Assembly: GCA_003009755.1 (NCBI GenBank)
Contig: PXUB01000032.1
Coordinates: forward strand, 1 to 64,000
Reading direction: 5' to 3'
DNA: 64,000 nt
From: Thermoplasmatales archaeon SW_10_69_26
GTDB lineage: Archaea > Thermoplasmatota > SW-10-69-26
Positions 47,233-56,831 of this stretch are shown one piece after another. Both the position numbers and the translations under genes were made by a program. Every line of letters begins with the position of its first letter. Position 1 is the first letter of the stretch. Below the pieces are notes generated by a model that searched no databases, was not told the DNA's origin, and saw only the letters and a program-made list of their open reading frames with translations.

Positions 47233-47643
47233 TCACCCGCGCTCGAGGGCCTCGGCCGCCTTGTTCGGGTTCTCGACGGCGAACACGCAGCGAAGGGACT
47301 CCTCCTCGCCGTCCATGGCGACGAAGCTGGCTTCGATGTTGATGCCGGCCTGCCCCAGTTCGCTGGACAACCGGCCCAGCTGACCCGGCAGGTTCGGTAC
47401 CGTGACGACGATCGCTTCCCGCGTCTCCGGCGCGAACCCGTCCTCCTCGAGCACGACCGCGGCCTCGTCGGCGTCGTCGGTGACGAGGTGGACCGTTCCC
47501 GGCTCGGTGCCGCGCGCCACCGCGGCGAACCCGAGGATGTCGATGTCCTCCTTGCCGAGCAGCTGGGCCAGGTTCCCCAACGTGCCCGGGCGGTTGGGGA
47601 TCTCGACGACGAACTCCTTGGTCAACCCCACCTTCCTTGTCAT
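47233..47643 (-). CDS. Tandem ACT domain protein
   Basis: PNRPGTLGNL and PNLPGQLGRL...AGINIE motifs. Confidence 0.88.
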   Translation of the reverse strand: MTRKVGLTKEFVVEIPNRPGTLGNLAQLLGKEDIDILGFAAVARGTEPGTVHLVTDDADEAAVVLEEDGFAPETREAIVVTVPNLPGQLGRLSSELGQAGINIEASFVAMDGEEESLRCVFAVENPNKAAEALERG

Positions 47644-47694
47644 GTCATCCCACTGTGGAGGTCCACGCGTATCAAGCTTCGCCCCGGGCGAGGC

Positions 47695-47856
47695 CCGGCT
47701 GTCTCGTTAAGCAGGGGCCGCGAAGGACACGAAGGATCGCCACGGCCACGAACCTGTGACTCGCCGCCGGGCGGCTTTGGCACGGCAGCTGCTCGCCTTT
47801 GTGCCCTGGCGTCCCGTCGCGTACTTGGTGGCCCCCCGTTTCTCCCTTACAGCGCG
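47695..47856. repeat. Dispersed MITE-like hairpin repeat family B, copy 2
   Basis: Inverted copy of 21273-21440. Confidence 0.85.
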
Positions 47857-48031
47857 GGGCGAGGCCCTGCTCGCGAGCTCTCCCGGCGGTGTCGGGCCGC
47901 ACATGTGAGCCCGAGGCTCCGGCGTGGCCCCCGGGCGAGGCACCGATGGGTGTATCCGGGAGGAGGTGGTGGCGAGGGTCGTGTCTGGCGACCGAACCGG
48001 TGCGCTGCGCGAGGAAGCCAGCTCCTGGGCC

Positions 48032-48877
48032 ATGGACTACGTCCAACGCTCGGAGGATCTGTTCGAGCCGGCCGACGCCGACGAGGTCCGCATCGACCTC
48101 GTCACCGACCCCTGGTCGGTGTGGTGTTGGGGCCTGGAACCCGTCGCCCTCGCGATCGAGCACCGGTTCCCCGCGATCACCCTCCGCCCGGTCGTGGGCG
48201 GCATGTTCGAACGCCTGCCCCACCACGACCACCCCGAGTTCAACCTCTCTCGCTTCCTCGCCCGCGTCCAACGCATCACCGGCATGCCCGTCGCCACCGC
48301 CGCCTTCGGCGACGGCGGCCCCGAGAGCACCTACCCGGCCTGCGTCCACGCCCACGCCATGCGGCTGCTGGACGCCGACCGGGCCCTGCTGGGCCTCCGC
48401 AAGCTCCGGGAGACGGCCTGGCTCGACGGCCGCGACATCTCGGACGTCGACGTCGCCACCGGGGCCGCCCGCTCGGCCGGCTACGACCCCGAGGAGTTCC
48501 GGTCGGCCGTCGCCTCCGGCGAACCCGAGCGCGAGTTCCGCCAGCGCCTGAGCGCGCTCGAGCGCCGCGAGCTCTCCGCCTACCCGACGATCGTCGTCCG
48601 CGCCGGCGACACGACCCGCCGCCTGGAAGGCTTCGTGCCGCTGCCGGGCCTGATCGAGGTCGTCGAACAGCTCACCGGCCAGACCCACGTCCAAGCGCCC
48701 GCCCCCGACCCCGCCGAGGTCCTCGAGCCGGGGCATCGGATCGCCACGCGCGAGATCGCCGAGGTCTGCGAGCTGTCGATCGAGGCCGCCGCCGACGAGC
48801 TGGCAGAGCTGGAAGCCGAGGACGGGGTCGAGCGCGAGCGCCACGCGACCGGGGACGTGTGGACGGTGCAGGGCTGA
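48032..48877 (+). CDS. DsbA/YjbH-like thioredoxin-fold protein with C-terminal wHTH-like domain
   Basis: TDPWSVWCWGLEP (SxxC), STYPAC, AYPT cis-Pro loop. Confidence 0.8.
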   Translation: MDYVQRSEDLFEPADADEVRIDLVTDPWSVWCWGLEPVALAIEHRFPAITLRPVVGGMFERLPHHDHPEFNLSRFLARVQRITGMPVATAAFGDGGPESTYPACVHAHAMRLLDADRALLGLRKLRETAWLDGRDISDVDVATGAARSAGYDPEEFRSAVASGEPEREFRQRLSALERRELSAYPTIVVRAGDTTRRLEGFVPLPGLIEVVEQLTGQTHVQAPAPDPAEVLEPGHRIATREIAEVCELSIEAAADELAELEAEDGVERERHATGDVWTVQG

Positions 48878-49220
48878 GCTCGGGCCTGAGGCCTCGACCG
48901 CCGAGGGCCGAGCCCCGTCTTCGGCGGGCTCTCGCTCGCGGTTCGCTGTCCCCCGTGGGCGGCGAGCCGTCGTTCGTGTTCCGGCCGGGGTTGTCATCTA
49001 GGGGATCGACGTTCGCGACCAACGCGTGATCGCGGCCATCCTGCTCGTAGTCACCCTCTTCGGGCTCGTCGCCTGTGCGCTGGTCTGGCTGGTCTCCTCC
49101 GCCGGCCACTGCCAGGCCCCCCGGCGAGGATGGAGGGCCTGCCCGCTCCACCTCGTGACCTGTCTGCGGGGAGGGACGGACGGAGGCTTCGAGCCCGAGA
49201 TGAAGTGGCCGTCTCCCGTA

Positions 49221-50246
49221 GGTGCTGAACGGGACCTCTCAATCAAACTCGAACCATTCGCGGACACCACAGGCAAGCACCCCCATCGCCCGACATGAGC
49301 GACGAGGATCTCCCCGGCATCCTCTCCTTTCTGGAACGCTTTCCCGACGAGGACAGCTGCTGGGAACACCTGCGCGATGCCCGCTGGCCGGACGGGTTCA
49401 CCTGCCCGATGTGCGGCGAAGACGAGGACTGGATCTTCCTCGACGAGAGACAGCGCTGGCACTGCTACGCCTGCGGCCACCAACCCAGCATCACCAGCCA
49501 AACGATCCTCGAGAACACGAACCTCGACCTGCAAACCTGGTTCCTGGCCGCCTCCCTCGTGTTCACAACCAAGCAGGGATTTTCCAGCCACGAGCTGGCC
49601 CGCAAACTGGAGGTCCACCAGGAAACCGCCTGGTATGTCCAACAACGCCTAGGCCCTCATCGCCGGCCCCTACGCCCGGCGCTTGTTCGGGCTCGTCGAA
49701 CTCGATGAAACCTACCAGGGCGGGCAACGCGAGATGGGTGACCACGGCCGAAGCACCGCCAAAGCCACCATCATCGGCGCCGTCGAAGACCACGACGACA
49801 CCGCCGGCGAACTCATTCTCCACCACGCCGAGCAGGCCACCAGCCCGGCCGTCGACGCGCTCACCACGGAAGGAATCGACACCGACAACACGGTCGTGAA
49901 GACCGATGCCTGGAAGGCCGACTGGACCTTCGACGAGCGCAACGACGTGGACCAGATCATGATCAAAACCAGCCAGCGGGACGAGGCCGCGCACGCGCTG
50001 TTGCCGTGGATCCACGTGGTCTGGGGGAACCTGAAACGCGTGTTACGAGGCGTGCACACGACGGCCAGCCGGGCGCAACTGCAGGACTACCTGGACCTGT
50101 TCTCCTATCGGTTCAACCACCGAGGCCAGCTTTTGGAGGGCTTGGAGACAGCCTTAGAGGGTCTCGTCCAGGCCGGTCGGGTGACGCGGGAGCAGTTGAA
50201 GGGTGGGGCGGGGGCCTTGTTGTATTGAAAGCCCGCGTTCAGCACT
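49221..50246 (+). mobile_element. IS1595 family insertion sequence
   Basis: Imperfect TIRs ggtgctgaacgggacctctcaat / attgaaagcccgcgttcagcact; 8-bp TSD ctcccgta at 49213-49220 and 50247-50254. Confidence 0.92.
49295..50228 (+). pseudogene. IS1595 transposase, frameshifted near 49650
   Basis: Zn ribbon RWPDGFTCPMC...CYAC in one frame; VELDETY, KTDAW, YLDLFSYRFN in another. Confidence 0.88.
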
Positions 50247-50263
50247 CTCCCGTATGGTGGGCC

Positions 50264-51142
50264 ATGTGTCGGTTCGTCGCCTACCAGGGCCCGCCGGTCC
50301 GGCTCCACGAGATGCTCTACGAGCCCGAGCACAGCCTGATCCACCAGAGCTATCACGCCCACGAGCGCGAGGAACCGCTCAACGGCGACGGCTGGGGGGT
50401 CGGCTGGTACGATCCCCGTCTCGAGGACTGGCCCGCGACGTACCGGACGCTGCAACCGGCCTGGTCGGACGAGAACATGCGCCACGTCAGCCCGCTCGTC
50501 GAGACGCCGACCTTCTTCGCCCACGTCCGCGCAGCCTCGCCCGGTCTGCCGGTGCACCGGCTGAACTGCCACCCGTTCCGCGGGGGCCGACACGAGCACG
50601 AGGAGGCCGAGGACCTGGCGGCCGTGGAGGCCGGACGCCGGCGGATGATGTTCATGCACAACGGCGGCATCGAGACCTTCCAAGCGATCAAGCGGGACCT
50701 GCAGGAGCAACTGGCCGACGACGCCTACTTCACGATCGACGGCTCCACCGACACCGAGCACCTCTTCGCCCTCGTCCAACAGGAGCTGGGCGGGGCCGCC
50801 GCCGACCCGACGGTGGCCGACATGGCTCGGGCGCTCGAGGGCGTCCAGGGGGAAACGTCGGCCAACTTCTGCCTGACCGACGGCGAGCGGATGGTCGCCA
50901 CCCGGTACAAGCGACCCACCGACAAGACCCCTGAGAGCCTCCACGTCGGGACCGCGGGCGCCTTCTACTGCGAGGGCGCCGGCTACGGCGTCCAAGACCG
51001 GGGGGCAGAGGATGCGGTGTTGATCACCAGCGAGCGCCTGTGGAACGACGACCGAGCCTGGCGCACGGTCCCCGAGAACCACCTCGTCACCGTCGGTCCC
51101 GATCACGAGGTCACCTTCGAACCGCTGGATCCCGCCGCCTGA
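50264..51142 (+). CDS. Class II glutamine amidotransferase (EgtC/Dug3-like)
   Basis: N-terminal MCRF, HSLIHQS, NGDGWGVGWY, PAWSDEN, FAHVRAA, NCHPF, HNG, GSTDTE motifs. Confidence 0.9.
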   Translation: MCRFVAYQGPPVRLHEMLYEPEHSLIHQSYHAHEREEPLNGDGWGVGWYDPRLEDWPATYRTLQPAWSDENMRHVSPLVETPTFFAHVRAASPGLPVHRLNCHPFRGGRHEHEEAEDLAAVEAGRRRMMFMHNGGIETFQAIKRDLQEQLADDAYFTIDGSTDTEHLFALVQQELGGAAADPTVADMARALEGVQGETSANFCLTDGERMVATRYKRPTDKTPESLHVGTAGAFYCEGAGYGVQDRGAEDAVLITSERLWNDDRAWRTVPENHLVTVGPDHEVTFEPLDPAA

Positions 51143-51199
51143 GGCGGCCGATCGCGTGCGCTCGTGGGAAGCCAACCTCGACGCACCACCGCGGCCTCC

Positions 51200-51937
51200 C
51201 TACGGTCGGAAGCCTTCGAAGACCAGGTTGTCGATGTGGGGCTTGGCGGTCTCGTGCTCCGCCGACGAGCGGATCGTCCAACCGAGGACGGGCAAGCCCA
51301 GCCGTCGGGCCACCGCGACCGGCCAGTACGGGAGCCGGTCGTGGCGGTAGGCGACGAAGTCGGGCCGGCTGATCGCGTTGACGAGCAACCGCTCGAGCAC
51401 GAGGGCATTGTACCACTCGACCGGGATGTCGTCCATCGGGCCGGACACCTGGCCGCGCGGGATCGAGCTCGCGTGGCGGTGGAACCACGCCATCGACCGC
51501 GGGTTGAACGACTGCACCGCGACAGGGCCCTCGTAGCCCCTGACAGCCTCGTGAACCGCCTGCTCGAGGCGACCGGGCGCCTCCCAGTTCTTCAGCTCCA
51601 GCAACAGCGGCGCCCGCCCGGCCACCTCGTCCAGCACGGTCTCCAATCGCGGCACGCGCTGCGCCGTGCCGGCCAGCTGCAGGTCCGCCAGCTCCGCCCA
51701 GCGGCGCTCGTCGACCGGGCCCGCCTCCTCCGTCAACCGGTCGACGGTCTCGTCGTGGAACACGATCGGGACCCCGTCGCCGGACAAGCGGACGTCGATC
51801 TCGACGGCGTAGCCCGCTCGGATCGCCGCCTCGATGGCGCGCTCGGAGTTCTCCGGGACCCCGTCGCCGTGCAAGCCACGGTGGGCGATGGGCTGGTCGG
51901 TGATCCAGGCCGGCGCAGACACGGGTCGAGCTCCCAT
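51200..51937 (-). CDS. Glycerophosphodiester phosphodiesterase
   Basis: IAHRGLH, PENS, EIDV, VFHD, ELK, QSFNP, WTIRS, FEGF motifs. Confidence 0.88.
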   Translation of the reverse strand: MGARPVSAPAWITDQPIAHRGLHGDGVPENSERAIEAAIRAGYAVEIDVRLSGDGVPIVFHDETVDRLTEEAGPVDERRWAELADLQLAGTAQRVPRLETVLDEVAGRAPLLLELKNWEAPGRLEQAVHEAVRGYEGPVAVQSFNPRSMAWFHRHASSIPRGQVSGPMDDIPVEWYNALVLERLLVNAISRPDFVAYRHDRLPYWPVAVARRLGLPVLGWTIRSSAEHETAKPHIDNLVFEGFRP

Positions 51938-52000
51938 CAGGGGATCTCTGCTTAAGCCTGTCTGCGCTCCCCGTCCCCGATCGCCCGCAGCCCCGAGCCC

Positions 52001-52290
52001 GCCTTCGAGGACGAGACCGTCCCCGTCGTCACCGACGACGCCGACCTCGCCGACGAGCTGGATCCGCCCCGGTTCGTGTCCCTCGCCCTGCCGGCGGGCG
52101 AGGTCGTGGACGAGGCTCTCGACGAGCTCGTGCCCCACCTCGCGGAGGGCCACGTCGTGGCGGATGACGGCAACCCGCTGGCAGGACTCCCTCGAGCGCG
52201 ACCAGCGGCTGCGAGCGGACGGCATCGTGTTCCTCGACGCGGGGACCGTGGGCCCCCCGGGGCGTGCCGAAGAGCTCGGGATCCCGTTCG
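52001..52290 (+). pseudogene. Degraded fragment of 6-phosphogluconate dehydrogenase (NAD-binding domain)
   Basis: Across frameshifts: LADELDPPRFV / LPAGEVVDEALDELVPHLAEGHVVADDGN / WQDSLER...GIVFLDAGT. Confidence 0.6.
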
Positions 52291-52327
52291 CGTGGGCCTT
52301 TTCACGTGAGGGAAGCTAGCCTGCTCG

Positions 52328-53698
52328 ATGTCCGATCACGACGTCCTCGTCCTCGGCGGCGGCAGCGGGCTCACGGCCGCCTACCACGCGGAGGCCGACG
52401 GTCTCGACGTCGCCGTCGTCGAGCCGGGCCCGCTGGGCGGAACGTGCGTCAACCGCGGCTGCATCCCGACCAAGACGCTCATCGAGTCGGCCGACCTCGC
52501 TCGCGAGGTGCAACGCTCGGCCGCCTTCGACGTCGACGCCGGCGACCCCGATGTCGACGTGTCCGCGCTCTTGGCTCGCATGCGCGAGATGCGAGCGGCC
52601 AACGTCTCGCAAAGCGACGACTGGCTCGAGAACAGCGAACAGATCACCCTCTACCGCGAGAAGGCGCGCTTCGTCGACGACCAGACCGTCGAGCTGAGCG
52701 ACAGCGGCGAGAGGCTCGCCGCAAGCCACGTGTTCGTGGCGACCGGCGCCCGCCCGCTGATCCCGCCGATCGACGGCATCGATGACGTGGACGTCCTCAC
52801 CAACCGCACGATCCTCGACGACCTCGAGGACGCTCCCGACTCGCTGACGATCGTCGGCGGCGGCTACATCGGGCTCGAGTTCGGACACTTCTTCTCGGCC
52901 GTCGGCACCGACGTCACCATCGTCGAAGGCGGCGACCGGCTCGCCGAGCCCGAGGACAGCGAGATCGGTCACCGCCTCACCGACGCCGTCAGCGCCTACG
53001 CCGACGTGCACCTCACCACGTACGCTACGCGCCTCACCGAGAAGAGCGACCAGGTCGTCGTCGAAGGCGAAGACCGGGCGGACGGGTCCACGATCGAGGT
53101 GTCCGCCGACGAGGTGCTCGTCGCCGCCGGCCGGCGCCCGAACACCGGGGAACTGAACTTGGCCGCCACCGGCGTCGAGACGACCGATCGCGGCTGGATC
53201 GACGTCGACGAGACCTTCCAGACGACGAACCCGTTCGTGTACGCCTACGGCGACGTGATCGGGCGCGGCATGTTCAAGCACACGAGCAGCTTCGAGGGCG
53301 AGGCCGCCTACCGCAACAGCCAGGGCGGCCACGTCACCGTCGACTACGACGCCAACCCGCACGCGATCTTCACCGAGCCCAAGGTCGCCGGCGTCGGCAT
53401 GACCGAGGACGAGGCCCAGCAGGCCGCCCGCGACGTCGAGGTCGCCAAGGCCGGCTACCCGACCGTCGCCAAGGGCAACATCGTTCAGGCCGAGGACGGC
53501 TTCGCCAAGGCGGTGGTCGACCCCACCACGCGCGAGATCCTGGGCTTCCACGCGATCGGCCCCCAGGCCCCCACGCTCGTGCACGAGGTCGTGGTCGCGA
53601 TGACCGCCGGCGACGGGTCGATCGACAACATCACCGACGCCATCCACGTGCACCCGACGCTATCCGAGCTCGTGCACACCCTGTTCACGCGGTTCTGA
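52328..53698 (+). CDS. Pyridine nucleotide-disulfide reductase (dihydrolipoamide dehydrogenase/mycothione reductase-like)
   Basis: GGTCVNRGCIPTK redox CxxxxC, GGGYIGLE, GRRPN, GD, HPTLSE motifs. Confidence 0.92.
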   Translation: MSDHDVLVLGGGSGLTAAYHAEADGLDVAVVEPGPLGGTCVNRGCIPTKTLIESADLAREVQRSAAFDVDAGDPDVDVSALLARMREMRAANVSQSDDWLENSEQITLYREKARFVDDQTVELSDSGERLAASHVFVATGARPLIPPIDGIDDVDVLTNRTILDDLEDAPDSLTIVGGGYIGLEFGHFFSAVGTDVTIVEGGDRLAEPEDSEIGHRLTDAVSAYADVHLTTYATRLTEKSDQVVVEGEDRADGSTIEVSADEVLVAAGRRPNTGELNLAATGVETTDRGWIDVDETFQTTNPFVYAYGDVIGRGMFKHTSSFEGEAAYRNSQGGHVTVDYDANPHAIFTEPKVAGVGMTEDEAQQAARDVEVAKAGYPTVAKGNIVQAEDGFAKAVVDPTTREILGFHAIGPQAPTLVHEVVVAMTAGDGSIDNITDAIHVHPTLSELVHTLFTRF

Positions 53699-53699
53699 C

Positions 53700-53915
53700 G
53701 CCCTCGAGGTTTCGAGCCGACCCCAACGGGACCCTGCTCGTCTCAGCTCCCGCACGCCGAAGCCGCCGTCGTCGTGCCGGCCGGTCCCTCGAGACCTGAG
53801 GCGTGGACGGCAACGTCCCCATCGTCGACGTCGACCAGGCCGACCACCCGTTCTGCGCCGACAACGAAGCCTACGCCTGCCCGCCAGATCCGCTCGAGAA
53901 CCGGCTGGCGGCTCC
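53700..53915 (+). pseudogene. Degraded DUF1684-like 3' fragment
   Basis: IVDVDQADHPFCADNEAYACPPDPLENRL resembles the DFN.AYNP.CAYN..Y.CP..P.EN.L motif. Confidence 0.5.
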
Positions 53916-53990
53916 ATCCCACCCGGCGAACGGTTGCCCTGACCAGCGCCGACCCCGGCGTTTTAGACCCACGAACCCTCTGCCCCGCCC

Positions 53991-55367
53991 ATGGCCGACT
54001 GGCGTCAGCGCCTCGAGGACACCACCGACGAGCGCGAGGACGAGCTCACCGAGTTCCTCTCGATCCCGAGCATCAGCACCGAGGCCGCCCACCGCAAGGA
54101 TTGCCGCAAGGCGGCCGAGTGGCTCGAGCAGCACCTGATCGAGATCGGGTTCGACACGGGCCTCCACGAGGTCGACGGCGGCCACCCCCTCCTCGACGCC
54201 GAGCTCGTCGTCGACGAGGGCGCCCCGACGGTCACGATCTACGGCCACTACGACGTCCAACCCCCCGGCGACGAGGCAGCCTGGGAGACCCCCGCCTTCC
54301 AGCCGACGATCCTCGACGATCCCGACAAGGGCCGCGTCGTGCGCGCCCGGGGCGCCACCGACAACAAAGGCCAGCTGATGGCCAACCTCAACGCGGTGAA
54401 GGCCCACGCCGACGCCGGCACCCTGCCCGTCAACGTGCGGTTCCTGATCGAGGGCGAGGAGGAGATCGGCGGCGACTCGCTGCCGACCTACATCCAGCGC
54501 CACGAGGACGATCTGGACTGCGAGGCCGTGCTCGTCTCCGACACCCACCTGTGGGACGCCGACCATCCGGCGATCGTGCACGGCCTGCGCGGCATCGTCA
54601 CGCTCGAAGCCACCGTCGAAGGCCCCGATCGCGACCTGCACAGCGGCCAGTTCGGCGGCGCCGTCCTCAACCCCGCCGAGGCGCTCGTGCGCGCCCTCGC
54701 CACGCTCAAGGACGAGAACCTGCGCGTCGCCGTCGACGGGTTCTACGACGACGTGCTCGAGGTCGACGACGCCCAACGCAAGTACATGGAACAGGTGCCC
54801 TTCGACGACGAGGGCTTCCGCCAGGAGACCGGCGCGCCCGCGCTCGACGGCGAACGCGACCGCGGCCCGCTGGAGCGCATGTGGGCCCGCCCCTCGCTCG
54901 AGATCAACGGGCTCTCGGCCGGGTACGCCGGCGACGGCTTCAAGACGATCTTGCCCGCCTCGGCCACGCTCAAGCTCTCCTGCCGCATCGTCGCCGACCA
55001 GGACCCCGACCGGATCGGCCAGCTGTTGGCCGACCACCTGCGCGAGCAGGTGCCCGACACGGTCGACGTCACGATCGACGTCCTCCAAGCCAGCGACCCC
55101 TGGTACCTCGATCCCCGCAACGACGTGCTCGAGGCCGCCGCCGACAGCCTGGCCTCAGCGTTCGGCGGCGAGACCGTGTTCATCCGCAACGGCGCCTCGA
55201 TCCCGGTCGTGCCCGACCTCGACCGGTTGGCGCCCGTCGCGCTGATGGGCTACGGCATGCGCGACGAACGCCTGCACGCGCCCAACGAGTTCTTCCGGCT
55301 GGAGAGCTTCCACGCCGGTAGCAAGGCGATGGGCCGCATGCTCGAACGCCTGGGCGAGGACGGCTGA
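53991..55367 (+). CDS. M20 family dipeptidase
   Basis: YGHYDVQPP, ARGATDNKGQ, EGEEEIG, DLHSG, HAPNE motifs. Confidence 0.92.
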   Translation: MADWRQRLEDTTDEREDELTEFLSIPSISTEAAHRKDCRKAAEWLEQHLIEIGFDTGLHEVDGGHPLLDAELVVDEGAPTVTIYGHYDVQPPGDEAAWETPAFQPTILDDPDKGRVVRARGATDNKGQLMANLNAVKAHADAGTLPVNVRFLIEGEEEIGGDSLPTYIQRHEDDLDCEAVLVSDTHLWDADHPAIVHGLRGIVTLEATVEGPDRDLHSGQFGGAVLNPAEALVRALATLKDENLRVAVDGFYDDVLEVDDAQRKYMEQVPFDDEGFRQETGAPALDGERDRGPLERMWARPSLEINGLSAGYAGDGFKTILPASATLKLSCRIVADQDPDRIGQLLADHLREQVPDTVDVTIDVLQASDPWYLDPRNDVLEAAADSLASAFGGETVFIRNGASIPVVPDLDRLAPVALMGYGMRDERLHAPNEFFRLESFHAGSKAMGRMLERLGEDG

Positions 55368-55429
55368 GGGCCCCGCAGGGCGGCCACAGAGGCGAAGGTT
55401 CAAGCCGACGGCCGGCCTGGCAGGGATCG

Positions 55430-56110
55430 ATGATGCGCGCCCGGTGGGCCGCCTTGGCGGCCTTGATGCTCGTGTTCGCAGGCTGCGCCGGCAACGGCGG
55501 GACCGAGGAGAACCCCCACGCCGTGATCGAGACCAACCACGGCACGATCGAGATCCTGTTGTACGGGAACCTCACCCCGCAAACGGTGCAGAGCTTCGGC
55601 AACCTCACCCAGGAGGGCTACTACGACGACACGCGCTTCCACCGCGTGATCGAGGACTTCGTCATCCAGGGCGGGGACCCGCTCTCCAGCGACCCCAACA
55701 AGAGCGACCGGTGGGGCAGCGGCGGGCCCGGCTACACCATCGTCGACGAGTTCGCCTGCGAGGACGGGAGTGTCTCCAACGAGCTCACCGGCTACCGCTC
55801 CAACCAAGAGCCCTGCGACGACCACGGCGGGCTGGCGCTCAGCCACGACAAGCCCGGCATGGTGTCGATGGCGAACCGCGGCGAGCCCAAGACCGGCGGC
55901 TCGCAGTTCTTCATCACCGTCTCCGAGCAGCCGCGCCTCGACGGGACCCACCCGGTGTTCGGCGAGGTCGTTGACGGCATGGACGTGGTGATGAACATCT
56001 CGCAGGTCCCGACCGGCAACCGCGACCAGCCCCGCGAGGACGTCCTCGTCGAAGACGTCACGATCGAGGGCGAGCTCCCAGGCGTCGAGGTCGAGAAGTT
56101 CGACCGATAG
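55430..56110 (+). CDS. Cyclophilin-type peptidyl-prolyl isomerase, lipoprotein
   Basis: Lipobox FAGC; FHRVIEDFVIQGGDP, SMAN, GSQFFIT, LDGTHPVFG motifs. Confidence 0.93.
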   Translation: MMRARWAALAALMLVFAGCAGNGGTEENPHAVIETNHGTIEILLYGNLTPQTVQSFGNLTQEGYYDDTRFHRVIEDFVIQGGDPLSSDPNKSDRWGSGGPGYTIVDEFACEDGSVSNELTGYRSNQEPCDDHGGLALSHDKPGMVSMANRGEPKTGGSQFFITVSEQPRLDGTHPVFGEVVDGMDVVMNISQVPTGNRDQPREDVLVEDVTIEGELPGVEVEKFDR

Positions 56111-56127
56111 AGCATTTTTCTTTCAAC

Positions 56128-56208
56128 GGGGCCTTGCCGTCTCCCGAGGGGGGACAAAGAAAAATCCTCGGCAACAAAGAAACCCCCCTCGGGAGCGACG
56201 CAGGCCCC
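56128..56208. terminator. Long GC stem-loop downstream of the first cyclophilin gene
   Basis: ggggccttgccgtctcccgagggggg pairs with cccccctcgggagcgacgcaggcccc around an A-rich loop; preceded by a T-rich tract. Confidence 0.5.
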
Positions 56209-56216
56209 AGCGTCCC

Positions 56217-56645
56217 TGATCTTGGCGCTGTTGGGTCTTCGCGCAGGGCTATGGTCGCTTGACGGGCAACGGCGAAGCTCGCGGGCTCCGGGCGCCTGGG
56301 GGGCCTCAGGCCAGAGGGGAACGGGGGTTGGGAGCGATGCAGGGCCCATCGGCGTTGATGTTGGCGCTGTTGGATCTTCGCGCAGGGCTATGGTCGCCTG
56401 ACGGGCAACGTGGAAGGTTGCCAGATTATGCGGTACGACGACGGCGGGCCCGGACCCCACCGGCGTAGATCTTGGAGGCTCTGGGGCCCTTCGCGCAGGG
56501 TGATTCCTCCCTGGCAGGCAATCCGCCTCGGCCCCGAAAGAGGGATCGGCGGACCACAGGTAGCCTGACGAATCGACGGCAAGCAACGCCGACAGCCCAG
56601 CCGGCCCGGGACAGGCAGGACCACAGGTTGCCTGACGAGCAACGG
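56217..56645. repeat. Degenerate direct-repeat cluster
   Basis: ~60-bp unit at 56217 and 56356, partial copy near 56467; ggaccacaggt.gcctgacga at 56551 and 56618. Confidence 0.75.
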
Positions 56646-56831
56646 TGGAGGGTCGCCCAGCGGTGGAGGCCGCACTTGGCGTCGTCGGCTGAGGGGACTC
56701 CTAGCGCTTGGCTTCCTCTCCTCCGGGGGCCTTCCCTCTGCTTCCCTGCTTCTCTGCGCGTCTCATTTTCGACCGCGAGGGCGGCCCCGCTCGACCCCAC
56801 GGACCCAAGTTCCCCGAGCCGATGGGTCACC

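Noticed and set aside
47648-47661. Fourth copy of the TCCCA-N4-TGGGA motif before the ACT gene
   Set aside because: Spacing and right half do not match (TCCCActgTGGAG), and its position differs from the other sites
21273-47856. Composite transposon or casposon bounded by inverted repeat B copies
   Set aside because: No transposase, Cas1 or integrase inside, no evident target duplication, and the content includes housekeeping-like xseAB and dinB
56217-56645. Possible CRISPR array
   Set aside because: Repeats are ~60 bp, there are only two good copies, spacing is irregular, and no cas genes are present
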